Assembly (NCBI GenBank): GCA_964016885.1
Contig: OZ024755.1
Span: 38,564,001 to 38,628,000, forward strand
Reading direction: 5' to 3'
Origin: Eledone cirrhosa
Taxonomy: Eukaryota
DNA: 64,000 nt
The notes below the pieces were generated by a model that ran no database searches, was not told the origin of the DNA, and saw only the letters and a list, made by a program, of their open reading frames with translations. Made by a program: the position numbers and the translations under genes. Of this stretch, positions 1 to 16,000 are shown piece by piece. How positions within the stretch are numbered: position 1 is the stretch's first letter; each line of letters opens with the position of its first letter.

Positions 1-164
1 TTGTGACGACCCCTGAAGGATAAAAGGTACTTTGTTACATAAGAACATTACTCCATAACGATTAAGTTATACTTAACTGACCGTACTTCCAAATATGACC
101 ATATAACTTAATCGTTATGTGAGTAGCGTTGTTATTTAACACCTTAAAATGTATTTATTTTATA

Positions 165-600
165 AGTGCTAGCAGTTTGTTTTTCTGCTATATACATATA
201 GATATACATCAAATAAAATCATAATTGACAATATACACAGAAATTGAACGAAGACTGTGTTACACTGTCTTATGTAATCAGTAACGTAATCCATGATACA
301 TTAAAAAAAGACGATATTATATATAAACTGCATTAGGAGAAAATTAGTGACGGAAATATATGAATGTTTATTTAAGCGATCGCTAACCGGAAGTGTTGAC
401 ATTTGAACATTTTAAAGAAGTGAATCTTAAAATAAGCAACAAAATTATTTATATCTAATAAAAAATAACGAAATTTAGTAGATAAATTATGTAATATTCA
501 TTCATTATTTATTCAAAGTAATCCAACTTATTTTACAAACGGGATAAAAAAATATATTCTGGAAACAGTCCCGCACTCCTTACTTTATTATAGTTTAGAA
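165..600 (+). mobile_element. Interspersed repeat, possibly HINE/Helentron-like; homologous to 36400-37135
   Basis: Colinear similarity with 36400-37135 (e.g. ATTGACAATATACACAGAAATTG, GTAATCCATGATACATT, ATTCAAAGTAATCCAACTTATTTTAC); begins near CTAGCA and ends CTTTATTATAGT. Class assignment is tentative. Confidence 0.5.
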
Positions 601-1029
601 ATATGTATTAAAGCCTAGTATAGTTTCTCAATTGATATATCTCATACATCAATATTCCACTTAACCTAAGTGAATCTACACAATAGTTTCAAACACCCAC
701 AGACTAGAGAAAATACCTTCTAAATATAATCAATGATAGCATTTAAAAAGCTCCCTCCCCCCAAATAAAAAAATATTCAAGTCCTTCGAGAAACAAAACA
801 AATACAAGAAAAAAAGACATACCATACATCTCAATATTCAACCCCCAAAACACAGGGATCTATCCACACAGACTGAACCAGCCTATATTACAATAAGACA
901 AAAATGAAAAACCTCTTTAATAAATATCCTGTAATTAAGAGTAAACGAGAGCTGAAATCATAAAAAAAAATACTGACAAGGGCAGAGCTGCAGACCACAA
1001 ATACAGAACCCATGTGAATAGATGTAACC

Positions 1030-4000
1030 GACCTGTGTGATCTGTATTACCAGTAATTAATTAGGGACAATCGTAGTACAGGATCTGTCATCTGTATTAC
1101 TAGTAATTAATTCGGGGAAATGGCAGTGGTTTTGTAATGTAAACAAAATCTGTGATCTGTATTACCAGTAATTAATTCGGGACAATCGTAATACTGTAGT
1201 AAGGTAAACAGCATCTGTCATCTGTATTACCAGTAATTAATTCGGGACAACCGTAATACTGTAGTAAGGTAAACAGCATCTGTCATCTGTATTACCAGTA
1301 ATTAATGCGGGGCTACCGTACTACAGTAGTAAGGTAAACAGCATCTGTCATCTGTATTACCAGTAATTAATGCGGGGCTACCGTACTACAGTAGTAAGGT
1401 AAACAGCATCTGTCATCTGTATTACCAGTAATTAATTCGGGACAACCGTAATACTGTAGTAAGGTAAACAGCATCTGTCATCTGTATTACCAGTAATTAA
1501 TTCGGGACAACCGTAATACTGTAGTAAGGTAAACAGCATCTGTCATCTGTATTACCAGTAATTAATTCGGGACAACCGTAATACTGTAGTAAGGTAAACA
1601 GCATCTGTCATCTGTATTACCAGTAATTAATTCGGGACAACCGTAATACTGTAGTAAGGTAAACAGCATCTGTCATCTGTATTACCAGTAATTAATTAGG
1701 GACAACCGTAATACTGTAGTAAGGTAAACAGCATCTGTCATCTGTATTACCAGTAATTAATTCGGGACAACCGTAATACTGTAGTAAGGTAAACAGCATC
1801 TGTCATCTGTATTACCAGTAATTAATGCGGGGCTACCGTACTACAGTAGTAAGGTAAACAGCATCTGTCATCTGTATTACCAGTAATTAATTCGGGACAA
1901 CCGTAATACTGTAGTAAGGTAAACAGCATCTGTCATCTGTATTACCAGTAATTAATTCGGGACAACCGTAATACTGTAGTAAGGTAAACAGCATCTGTCA
2001 TCTGTATTACCAGTAATTAATTCGGGACAACCGTAATACTGTAGTAAGGTAAACAGCATCTGTCATCTGTATTACCAGTAATTAATTCGGGACAACCGTA
2101 ATACTGTAGTAAGGTAAACAGCATCTGTCATCTGTATTACCAGTAATTAATTCGGGACAACCGTAATACTGTAGTAAGGTAAACAGCATCTGTCATCTGT
2201 ATTACCAGTAATTAATTCGGGACAATCGTAATACTGTAGTAAGGTAAACAGCATCTGTCATATGTATTACCAGTAATTAATTCGGGACAACCGTAATACT
2301 GTAGTAAGGTAAACAGCATATGTCATCTGTATTACCAGTAATTAATTCGGGACAACCGTAATACTGTAGTAAAGTAAACAGCATCTGTCATCTGTATTAC
2401 CAGTAATTAATTCGGGACAACCGTAATACTGTAGTAAGGTAAACAACATCTGTCATCTGTATTACCAGTAATTAATTCGGGACAATCGTAATACTGTAGT
2501 AAGGTAAACAGCATCTGTCATCTGTATTACCAGTAATTAATACGGGACAATCGTAATACTGTAGTAAGTTAAACAGCATCTGTCATCTGTATTACCAGTA
2601 ATTAATGCGGGCCAGCCGTACTACAGTAGTAAGGTAAACAGCATCTGTCATCTGTATTACCAGTAATTAATTCGGGACAACCGTAATACTGTAGTAAGGT
2701 AAACAGCATCTGTCATCTGTATTACCAGTAATTAATTCGGGACAATCGTAATACTGTAGTAAGGTAAACAACATCTGTCATCTGTATTACCAGTAATTAA
2801 TACGGGACCACCGTAATACTGTAGTAAGGTAAACAGCATCTGTCATCTGTATTACCAGTAATTAATGCGGGACAACCGTAATACTGTAGTAAGGTAAACA
2901 GCATCTGTCATCTGTATTACCAGTATTTAATGCGGGACAACCGTAATACTGTAGTAAGGTAAACAGCATCTGTCATCTGTATTACCAGTAATTAATGCGG
3001 GTCAATCGTAATACTGTAGTAAGGTAAACAGCATCTGTCATCTGTATTACCAGTAATTAATTAGGGACAATCGTAATACTGTAGTAAGGTAAACAGCATC
3101 TGTCATCTGTATTACCAGTAATTAATGCGGGTGAATCGTAATACTGTAGTAAGGTAAACAGCATCTGTCATCTGTATTACGAGTAATTAATGCGGGTCAA
3201 TCGTAATACTGTAGTAAGGTAAACAGCATCTGTCATCTGTATTACCAGTAATTAATTAGGGACAATCGTAATACTGTAGTAAGGTAAACAGAATCTGTCA
3301 TCTGTATTACCAGTAATTAATTCGGGACAACCGTAATACTGTAGTAAGGTAAACAGCATCTGTCATCTGTATTACCAGTAATTAATGCGGGTCAATCTTA
3401 ATACTGTAGTAAGGTAAACAGCATCTGTCATCTGTATTACCAGTAATTAATACGGGACAATCGTAATACTGTAGTAAGGTAAACAGCATCTGTCATCTGT
3501 ATTACCAGTAATTAATTCGGGACAATCGTAATACTGTAGTAAGGTAAACAGCATCTGTCATCTGTATTACCAGTAATTAATACGGGACAATCGTAATACT
3601 GTAGTAAGGTAAACAGCATCTGTCATCTGTATTACCAGTAATTAATGCGGGACAACCGTAATACTGTAGTAAGGTAAACAGCATCTGTCATCTGTATTAC
3701 CAGTAATTAATGCGGGTCAATCGTAATACAGTAGTAAGGTAAACAGCATCTGTCATCTGTATTACCAGTAATTAATTCGGGACAACCGTAATACTGTAGT
3801 AAGGTAAACAGCATCTGTCATCTGTATTACCAGTAATTAATTCGGGACAACCGTAATACTGTAGTAAGGTAAACAGCATCTGTCATCTGTATTACCAGTA
3901 ATTAATTCGGGACAACCGTAATACTGTAGTAAGGTAAACAGCGTCTGTCATCTGTATTACCAGTAATTAATTCGGGTCAACCGTAATACTGTAGTAAGGT

Positions 4001-7000
4001 AAACAAGGTCTGTCATCTGTATTACCAGTAATTAATTCGGGTCAACCGTAATACTGTAGTAAGGTAAACAACGTCTGTCATCTGTATTACCAGTAATTAA
4101 TTCGGGTCAACCGTAATACTGTAGTAAGGTAAACAGCATCTGTCATCTGTATTACCAGTAATTAATTAGGGACAACCGTAATACTGTAGTAAGGTAAACA
4201 GCATCTGTCATCTGTATTACCAGTAATTAATTCGGGACAACCGTAATACTGTAGTAAGGTAAACAGCATCTGTCATCTGTATTACCAGTAATTAATTCGG
4301 GACAACCGTAATACTGTAGTAAGGTAAACAGCATCTGTCATCTGTATTACCAGTAATTAATTCGGGACAACCGTAATACTGTAGTAAGGTAAACAGCATC
4401 TGTCATCTGTATTACCAGTAATTAATTCGGGACAATCGTAATACTGTAGTAAGGTAAACAGCATCTGTCATCTGTATTACCAGTAATTAATTCGGGACAA
4501 TCGTAATACTGTAGTAAGGTAAACAGCATCTGTCATCTGTATTACCAGTAATTAATTCGGGACAATCGTAATACTGTAGTAAGGTAAACAGCATCTGTCA
4601 TCTGTATTACCAGTAATTAATTCGGGACAATCGTAATACTGTAGTGAGGTAAACAGCATCTGTCATCTGTATTACCAGTAATTAATTCGGACCAACCGTA
4701 ATACTGTAGTAAGGTAAACAGCATCTGTCATCTGTATTACCAGTAATTAATGCGGGACAACCGTAATACTGTAGTAAGGTAAACAGCATCTGTCATCTGT
4801 ATTACCAGTAATTAATTAGGGACAATCGTAATACTGTAGTAAGGTAAACAGCATCTGTCATCTGTATTACCAGTAATTAATTAGGGACAACCGTAATACT
4901 GTAGTAAGGTAAACAGCATCTGTCATCTGTATTACCAGTAATTAATTAGGGACAACCGTAATACTGTAGTAAGGTAAACAGCATCTGTCATCTGTATTAC
5001 CAGTAATTAATTAGGGACAATCGTAATACTGTAGTAAGGTAAACAGCATCTGTCATCTGTATTACCAGTAATTAATTAGAGACAACCGTAATACTGTAGT
5101 AAGGTAAACAGCATCTGTCATCTGTATTACCAGTAATTAATTCGGGACAACCGTAATACTGTAGTAAGGTAAACAGCATCTGTCATCTGTATTACCAGTA
5201 ATTAATTCGGGACAACCGTAATACTGTAGTAAGGTAAACAGCATCTGTCATCTGTATTACCAGTAATTAATTCGGGACAACCGTAATACTGTAGTAAGGT
5301 AAACAGCATCTGTCATCTGTATTACCAGTAATTAATTCGGGACAACCGTAATACTGTAGTAAGGTAAACAGCATCTGTCATCTGTATTACCAGTAATTAA
5401 TTCGGGACAACCGTAATACTGTAGTAAGGTAAACAGCATCTGTCATCTGTATTACCAGTAATTAATTCGGGACAATCGTAATACTGTAGTAAGGTAAACA
5501 GCATCTGTCATCTGTATTACCAGTAATTAATTCGGGACAATCGTAATACTGTAGTAAGGTAAACAGCATCTGTCATCTGTATTACCAGTAATTAATTCGG
5601 GACAATCGTAATACTGTAGTAAGGTAAACAGCATCTGTCATCTGTATTACCAGTAATTAATTCGGGACAATCGTAATACTGTAGTGAGGTAAACAGCATC
5701 TGTCATCTGTATTACCAGTAATTAATTCGGACCAACCGTAATACTGTAGTAAGGTAAACAGCATCTGTCATCTGTATTACCAGTAATTAATGCGGGACAA
5801 CCGTAATACTGTAGTAAGGTAAACAGCATCTGTCATCTGTATTACCAGTAATTAATTAGGGACAATCGTAATACTGTAGTAAGGTAAACAGCATCTGTCA
5901 TCTGTATTACCAGTAATTAATTAGGGACAACCGTAATACTGTAGTAAGGTAAACAGCATCTGTCATCTGTATTACCAGTAATTAATTAGGGACAACCGTA
6001 ATACTGTAGTAAGGTAAACAGCATCTGTCATCTGTATTACCAGTAATTAATTAGGGACAACCGTAATACTGTAGTAAGGTAAACAGCATCTGTCATCTGT
6101 ATTACCAGTAATTAATTAGGGACAATCGTAATACTGTAGTAAGGTAAACAGCATCTGTCATCTGTATTACCAGTAATTAATTCGGGACAATCGTAATACT
6201 GTAGTAAGGTAAACAGCATCTGTCATATGTATTACCAGTAATTAATTCGGGACAACCGTAATACTGTAGTAAGGTAAACAGCATCTGTCATCTGTATTAC
6301 CAGTAATTAATTCGGGACAACCGTAATACTGTAGTAAAGTAAACAGCATCTGTCATCTGTATTACCAGTAATTAATTCGGGACAACCGTAATACTGTAGT
6401 AAGGTAAACAACATCTGTCATCTGTATTACCAGTAATTAATTCGGGACAATCGTAATACTGTAGTAAGGTAAACAGCATCTGTCATCTGTATTACCAGTA
6501 ATTAATACGGGACAATCGTAATACTGTAGTAAGTTAAACAGCATCTGTCATCTGTATTACCAGTAATTAATGCGGGCCAGCCGTACTACAGTAGTAAGGT
6601 AAACAGCATCTGTCATCTGTATTACCAGTAATTAATTCGGGACAACCGTAATACTGTAGTAAGGTAAACAGCATCTGTCATCTGTATTACCAGTAATTAA
6701 TTCGGGACAACCGTAATACTGTAGTAAGGTAAACAACATCTGTCATCTGTATTACCAGTAATTAATACGGGACCACCGTAATACTGTAGTAAGGTAAACA
6801 GCATCTGTCATCTGTATTACCAGTAATTAATGCGGGACAACCGTAATACTGTAGTAAGGTAAACAGCATCTGTCATCTGTATTACCAGTATTTAATGCGG
6901 GACAACCGTAATACTGTAGTAAGGTAAACAGCATCTGTCATCTGTATTACCAGTAATTAATGCGGGTCAATCGTAATACTGTAGTAAGGTAAACAGCATC

Positions 7001-10000
7001 TGTCATCTGTATTACCAGTAATTAATTAGGGACAATCGTAATACTGTAGTAAGGTAAACAGCATCTGTCATCTGTATTACCAGTAATTAATGCGGGTCAA
7101 TCGTAATACTGTAGTAAGGTAAACAGCATCTGTCATCTGTATTACGAGTAATTAATGCGGGTCAATCGTAATACTGTAGTAAGGTAAACAGCATCTGTCA
7201 TCTGTATTACCAGTAATTAATTAGGGACAATCGTAATACTGTAGTAAGGTAAACAGAATCTGTCATCTGTATTACCAGTAATTAATTCGGGACAACCGTA
7301 ATACTGTAGTAAGGTAAACAGCATCTGTCATCTGTATTACCAGTAATTAATGCGGGTCAATCTTAATACTGTAGTAAGGTAAACAGCATCTGTCATCTGT
7401 ATTACCAGTAATTAATACGGGACAATCGTAATACTGTAGTAAGGTAAACAGCATCTGTCATCTGTATTACCAGTAATTAATTCGGGACAATCGTAATACT
7501 GTAGTAAGGTAAACAGCATCTGTCATCTGTATTACCAGTAATTAATACGGGACAATCGTAATACTGTAGTAAGGTAAACAGCATCTGTCATCTGTATTAC
7601 CAGTAATTAATGCGGGACAACCGTAATACTGTAGTAAGGTAAACAGCATCTGTCATCTGTATTACCAGTAATTAATGCGGGTCAATCGTAATACAGTAGT
7701 AAGGTAAACAGCATCTGTCATCTGTATTACCAGTAATTAATTCGGGACAACCGTAATACTGTAGTAAGGTAAACAGCATCTGTCATCTGTATTACCAGTA
7801 ATTAATTCGGGACAACCGTAATACTGTAGTAAGGTAAACAGCATGTGTCATCTGTATTACCAGTAATTAATTCGGGACAACCGTAATACTGTAGTAAGGT
7901 AAACAGCGTCTGTCATCTGTATTACCAGTAATTAATTCGGGTCAACCGTAATACTGTAGTAAGGTAAACAAGGTCTGTCATCTGTATTACCAGTAATTAA
8001 TTCGGGTCAACCGTAATACTGTAGTAAGGTAAACAACGTCTGTCATCTGTATTACCAGTAATTAATTCGGGTCAACCGTAATACTGTAGTAAGGTAAACA
8101 GCATCTGTCATCTGTATTACCAGTAATTAATTAGGGACAACCGTAATACTGTAGTAAGGTAAACAGCATCTGTCATCTGTATTACCAGTAATTAATTCGG
8201 GACAACCGTAATACTGTAGTAAGGTAAACAGCATCTGTCATCTGTATTACCAGTAATTAATTCGGGACAACCGTAATACTGTAGTAAGGTAAACAGCATC
8301 TGTCATCTGTATTACCAGTAATTAATTCGGGACAACCGTAATACTGTAGTAAGGTAAACAGCATCTGTCATCTGTATTACCAGTAATTAATTCGGGACAA
8401 TCGTAATACTGTAGTAAGGTAAACAGCATCTGTCATCTGTATTACCAGTAATTAATTCGGGACAATCGTAATACTGTAGTAAGGTAAACAGCATCTGTCA
8501 TCTGTATTACCAGTAATTAATTCGGGACAATCGTAATACTGTAGTAAGGTAAACAGCATCTGTCATCTGTATTACCAGTAATTAATTCGGGACAATCGTA
8601 ATACTGTAGTGAGGTAAACAGCATCTGTCATCTGTATTACCAGTAATTAATTCGGACCAACCGTAATACTGTAGTAAGGTAAACAGCATCTGTCATCTGT
8701 ATTACCAGTAATTAATGCGGGACAACCGTAATACTGTAGTAAGGTAAACAGCATCTGTCATCTGTATTACCAGTAATTAATTAGGGACAATCGTAATACT
8801 GTAGTAAGGTAAACAGCATCTGTCATCTGTATTACCAGTAATTAATTAGGGACAACCGTAATACTGTAGTAAGGTAAACAGCATCTGTCATCTGTATTAC
8901 CAGTAATTAATTAGGGACAACCGTAATACTGTAGTAAGGTAAACAGCATCTGTCATCTGTATTACCAGTAATTAATTAGGGACAATCGTAATACTGTAGT
9001 AAGGTAAACAGCATCTGTCATCTCTATTACCAGTAATTAATTAGAGACAACCGTAATACTGTAGTAAGGTAAACAGCATCTGTCATCTGTATTACCAGTA
9101 ATTAATTCGGGACAACCGTAATACTGTAGTTAGGTAAACAGCATCTGTCATCTTTATTACCAGTAATTAATGCGGGACAACCGTAATACTGTAGTAAGGT
9201 AAACAGCATCTGTCATCTGTATTACCAGTAATTAATTAGGGACAACCGTAATACTGTAGTAAGGTAAACAGCATCTGTCATCTGTATTACCAGTAATTAA
9301 TTCGCGACAACCGTAATACTGTAGTAAGGTAAACAGCATCTGTCATCTGTATTACCAGTAATTAATTCGGGGCTACCGTAATACTGTAGTAAGGTAAACA
9401 GCATCTGTCGTCTGTATTACCAGTAATTAATTCGGGACAACCGTAATACTGTAGTAAGGTAAACAGCATCTGTCATCTGTATTACCAGTAATTAATTAGG
9501 GACAACCGTAATACTGTAGTAAGGTAAACAGCATCTGTCATCTGTATTACCAGTAATTAATTCGGGACAACCGTAATACTGTAGTGAGGTAAACAGCATC
9601 TGTCATCTGTATTACCAGTAATTAATTAGGGACAACCGTAATACTGTAGTAAGGTAAACAGCATCTGTCATCTGTATTACCAGTAATTAATTCGTGACAA
9701 TCGTAATACTGTAGTAAGGTAAACAAGATCTGTCATCTGTATTACCAGTAATTAATTCGGGTCAACCGTAATACTGTAGTAAGGTAAACAGCATCTGTCA
9801 TCTGTATTACCAGTAATTAATGCGGGACAATCGTAATACTGTAGTAAGGTAAACAGCATCTGTCATCTGTATTACCAGTAATTAATGCGGGACAACCGTA
9901 ATACTGTAGTAAGGTAAACAGCATCTGTCATCTGTATTACCAGTAATTAATTCGGGACAACCGTAATACTGTAGTAAGGTAAACAAGATCTGTCATCTGT

Positions 10001-13000
10001 ATTACCAGTAATTAATTATGGACAATCGTAATACTGTAGTAAGGTAAACAGCATCTGTCATCTGTATTACCAGTAATTAATGCGGGACAATCGTAATACT
10101 GTAGTAAGGTAAACAGCATCTGTCATCTGTATTACCAGTAATTAATGCGGGACAATCGTAATACTGTAGTAAGGTAAACAGCATCTGTCATCTGTATTAC
10201 CAGTAATTAATTAGGGACAACCGTAATACTGTAGTAAGGTAAACAGCATCTGTCATCTGTATTACCAGTAATTAATTCGGGACAACCGTAATACTGTAGT
10301 AAGGTAAACAAGATCTGTCATCTGTATTACCAGTAATTAATTAGGGACAATCATAATACTGTAGTAAGGTAAACAGCATCTGTCATCTGTATTACCAGTA
10401 ATTAATTAGGGACAATCATAATACTGTAGTAAGGTAAACAGCATCTGTCATCTGTATTACCAGTAATTAATGCGGGACAACCGTAATACTGTAGTAAGGT
10501 AAACAGCATCTGTCATCTGTATTACCAGTAATTAATTAGGGACAATCGTAATACTGTAGTAAGGTAAACAGCATCTGTCATCTGTATTACCAGTAATTAA
10601 TTAGGGACAATCGTAATACTGTAGTAAGGTAAACAACATCTGTCATCTGTATTACCAGTAATTAATTCGGGACAATCGTAATACTGTAGTAAGGTAAACA
10701 GCATCTGTCATCTGTATTACCAGTAATTAATTCAGGACAATCGTAATACTGTAGTAAGGTAAACAGCATCTGTCATCTGTATTACCAGTAATTAATTCAG
10801 GACAATCGTAATACTGTAGTAAGGTAAACAGCATCTGTCATCTGTATTACCAGTAATTAATTCGGGACAATCATAATACTGTAGTAAGGTAAACAGCATC
10901 TGTCATCTGTATTACCAGTAATTAATTCGGGTCAACCGTAATACTGTAGTAAGGTAAACAGCATCTGTCATCTGTATTACCAGTAATTAATTCGGGACAA
11001 CCGTAATACTGTAGTAAGGTAAACAGCATCTGTCATCTGTATTACCAGTAATTAATTCGGGACAATCATAATACTGTAGTAAGGTATACAGCATCTGTCA
11101 TCTGTATTACCAGTAATTAATTCGGGTCAACCGTAATACTGTAGTAAGGTAAACAGCATCTGTCATCTGTATTACCAGTAATTAATTCGGGACAACCGTA
11201 ATACTGTAGTAAGGTAAACAGCATCTGTCATCTGTATTACCAGTAATTCATTCGGGACAACCGTACTACTGTAGTAAGGTAAACAGCATCTGTCATCTGT
11301 ATTACCAGTAATTAATTCTGGTCAACCGTAATACTGTAGTAAGGTAAACAAGATCTGTCATCTGTATTACCAGTAATTAATTTGGGTCAACCGTAATACT
11401 GTAGTAAGGTAAACAGCATCTGTCATCTGTATTACCAGTAATTAATTCGGGTCAACCGTAATACTGTAGTAAGGTAAACAGCATCTGTCATCTGTATTAC
11501 CAGTAATTAATTCGGGTCAACCGTAATACTGTAGTAAGGTAAACAAGGTCTGTCATCTGTATTACCAGTAATTAATTCGGGTCAACCGTAATACTGTAGT
11601 AAGCTAAACAAGGTCTGTCATCTGTATTACCAGTAATTAATTCAGGTCAACCGTAATACAGTAGTAAGGTAAACAAGGTCTGTCATCTGTATTACCAGTA
11701 ATTAATTCGGGTCAATCGTAATACTGTAGTAAGCTAAACAAGACTGTCATCTGTATTACCAGTAATTAATTCGGGTCAACCGTGATACTGTAGTAAGGTA
11801 AACAAGGTCTGTCATCTGTATTACCAGTAATTAATTCGGGACAATCGTAATACTGTAGTAAGGTAAACAAGACCTGTCATCTGTATTACCAGTAATTAAT
11901 TCGGGTCAACCGTGATACTGTAGTAAGGTAAACAGCATCTGTCATCTGTATTACCAGTAATTAATTCGGGTCAACCGTAATACTGTAGTAAGGTAAACAA
12001 GGTCTGTCATCTGTATTACCAGTAATTAATTCGGGACAATCGTAATACTGTAGTAAGGTAAACAAGACCTGTCATCTGTATTACCAGTAATTAATTCGGG
12101 TCAACCGTGATACTGTAGTAAGGTAAACAGCATCTGTCATCTGTATTACCAGTAATTAATTCGGGACAACCGTAATACTGTAGTAAGGTAAACAGCATCT
12201 GTCATCTGTATTACCAGTAATTAATTCGGGACAACCGTAATACTGTAGTAAGGTAAACAGCATCTGTCATCTGTATTACCAGTAATTAATTCGGGTCAAC
12301 CGTAATACTGTAGTAAGGTAAACAAGGTCTGTCATCTGTATTACCAGTAATTAATTCGGGTCAACCGTAATACTGTAGTAAGGTAAACAACGTCTGTCAT
12401 CTGTATTACCAGTAATTAATTCGGGTCAACCGTAATACTGTAGTAAGGTAAACAGCATCTGTCATCTGTATTACCAGTAATTAATTAGGGACAACCGTAA
12501 TACTGTAGTAAGGTAAACAGCATCTGTCATCTGTATTACCAGTAATTAATTCGGGACAACCGTAATACTGTAGTAAGGTAAACAGCATCTGTCATCTGTA
12601 TTACCAGTAATTAATTCGGGACAACCGTAATACTGTAGTAAGGTAAACAGCATCTGTCATCTGTATTACCAGTAATTAATTCGGGACAACCGTAATACTG
12701 TAGTAAGGTAAACAGCATCTGTCATCTGTATTACCAGTAATTAATTCGGGACAATCGTAATACTGTAGTAAGGTAAACAGCATCTGTCATCTGTATTACC
12801 AGTAATTAATTCGGGACAATCGTAATACTGTAGTAAGGTAAACAGCATCTGTCATCTGTATTACCAGTAATTAATTCAGGACAATCGTAATACTGTAGTA
12901 AGGTAAACAGCATCTGTCATCTGTATTACCAGTAATTAATTCAGGACAATCGTAATACTGTAGTAAGGTAAACAGCATCTGTCATCTGTATTACCAGTAA

Positions 13001-16000
13001 TTAATTCGGGACAATCATAATACTGTAGTAAGGTAAACAGCATCTGTCATCTGTATTACCAGTAATTAATTCGGGTCAACCGTAATACTGTAGTAAGGTA
13101 AACAGCATCTGTCATCTGTATTACCAGTAATTAATTCGGGACAACCGTAATACTGTAGTAAGGTAAACAGCATCTGTCATCTGTATTACCAGTAATTAAT
13201 TCGGGACAATCATAATACTGTAGTAAGGTAAACAGCATCTGTCATCTGTATTACCAGTAATTAATTCGGGTCAACCGTAATACTGTAGTAAGGTAAACAG
13301 CATCTGTCATCTGTATTACCAGTAATTAATTCGGGACAACCGTAATACTGTAGTAAGGTAAACAGCATCTGTCATCTGTATTACCAGTAATTCATTCGGG
13401 ACAACCGTACTACTGTAGTAAGGTAAACAGCATCTGTCATCTGTATTACCAGTAATTAATTCTGGTCAACCGTAATACTGTAGTAAGGTAAACAAGATCT
13501 GTCATCTGTATTACCAGTAATTAATTTGGGTCAACCGTAATACTGTAGTAAGGTAAACAGCATCTGTCATCTGTATTACCAGTAATTAATTTGGGTCAAC
13601 CGTAATACTGTAGTAAGGTAAACAGCATCTGTCATCTGTATTACCAGTAATTAATTCGGGTCAACCGTAATACTGTAGTAAGGTAAACAAGGTCTGTCAT
13701 CTGTATTACCAGTAATTAATTCGGGTCAACCGTAATACTGTAGTAAGGTAAACAAGGTCTGTCATCTGTATTACCAGTAATTAATTCAGGTCAACCGTAA
13801 TACAGTAGTAAGGTAAACAAGGTCTGTCATCTGTATTACCAGTAATTAATTCGGGTCAATCGTAATACTGTAGTAAGCTAAACAAGACTGTCATCTGTAT
13901 TACCAGTAATTAATTCGGGTCAACCGTGATACTGTAGTAAGGTAAACAAGGTCTGTCATCTGTATTACCAGTAATTATTTCGGGACAATCGTAATACTGT
14001 AGTAAGGTAAACAAGACCTGTCATCTGTATTACCAGTAATTAATTCGGGTCAACCGTGATACTGTAGTAAGGTAAACAGCATCTGTCATCTGTATTACCA
14101 GTAATTAATTCGGGTCAACCGTAATACTGTAGTAAGGTAAACAAGGTCTGTCATCTGTATTACCAGTAATGAATTCGGGACAATCGTAATACTGTAGTAA
14201 GGTAAACAAGACCTGTCATCTGTATTACCAGTAATTAATTCGGGTCAACCGTGATACTGTAGTAAGGTAAACAGCATCTGTCATCTGTATTACCAGTAAT
14301 TAATTCGGGACAACCGTAATACTGTAGTAAGGTAAACAGCATCTGTCATCTGTATTACCAGTAATTAATTCGGGACAACCGTAATACTGTAGTAAGGTAA
14401 ACAGCATCTGTCATCTGTATTACCAGTAATTAATTCGGGACAACCGTAATACTGTAGTAAGGTAAACAGCATCTGTCATCTGTATTACCAGTAATTAATT
14501 CGGGACAACCGTAATACTGTAGTAAGGTAAACAGCATCTGTCATCTGTATTACCAGTAATTAATTCGGGTCAACCGTAATACTGTAGTAAGGTAAACAAG
14601 GTCTGTCATCTGTATTACCAGTAATTAATTCGGGTCAACCGTAATACTGTAGTAAGGTAAACAACGTCTGTCATCTGTATTACCAGTAATTAATTCGGGT
14701 CAACCGTAATACTGTAGTAAGGTAAACAGCATCTGTCATCTGTATTACCAGTAATTAATTAGGGACAACCGTAATACTGTAGTAAGGTAAACAGCATCTG
14801 TCATCTGTATTACCAGTAATTAATTCGGGACAACCGTAATACTGTAGTAAGGTAAACAGCATCTGTCATCTGTATTACCAGTAATTAATTCGGGACAACC
14901 GTAATACTGTAGTAAGGTAAACAGCATCTGTCATCTGTATTACCAGTAATTAATTCGGGACAACCGTAATACTGTAGTAAGGTAAACAGCATCTGTCATC
15001 TGTATTACCAGTAATTAATTCGGGACAATCGTAATACTGTAGTAAGGTAAACAGCATCTGTCATCTGTATTACCAGTAATTAATTCGGGACAATCGTAAT
15101 ACTGTAGTAAGGTAAACAGCATCTGTCATCTGTATTACCAGTAATTAATTCGGGACAATCGTAATACTGTAGTAAGGTAAACAGCATCTGTCATCTGTAT
15201 TACCAGTAATTAATTCGGGACAATCGTAATACTGTAGTAAGGTAAACAGCATCTGTCATCTGTATTACCAGTAATTAATTCGGACCAACCGTAATACTGT
15301 AGTAAGGTAAACAGCATCTGTCATCTGTATTACCAGTAATTAATGCGGGACAACCGTAATACTGTAGTAAGGTAAACAGCATCTGTCATCTGTATTACCA
15401 GTAATTAATTAGGGACAATCGTAATACTGTAGTAAGGTAAACAGCATCTGTCATCTGTATTACCAGTAATTAATTAGGGACAACCGTAATACTGTAGTAA
15501 GGTAAACAGCATCTGTCATCTGTATTACCAGTAATTAATTAGGGACAACCGTAATACTGTAGTAAGGTAAACAGCATCTGTCATCTGTATTACCAGTAAT
15601 TAATTAGGGACAATCGTAATACTGTAGTAAGGTAAACAGCATCTGTCATCTGTATTACCAGTAATTAATTAGAGACAACCGTAATACTGTAGTAAGGTAA
15701 ACAGCATCTGTCATCTGTATTACCAGTAATTAATTCGGGACAACCGTAATACTGTAGTTAGGTAAACAGCATCTGTCATCTTTATTACCAGTAATTAATG
15801 CGGGACAACCGTAATACTGTAGTAAGGTAAACAGCATCTGTCATGTGTATTACCAGTAATTAATTAGGGACAACCGTAATACTGTAGTAAGGTAAACAGC
15901 ATCTGTCATCTGTATTACCAGTAATTAATTCGCGACAACCGTAATACTGTAGTAAGGTAAACAGCATCTGTCATCTGTATTACCAGTAATTAATTCGGGA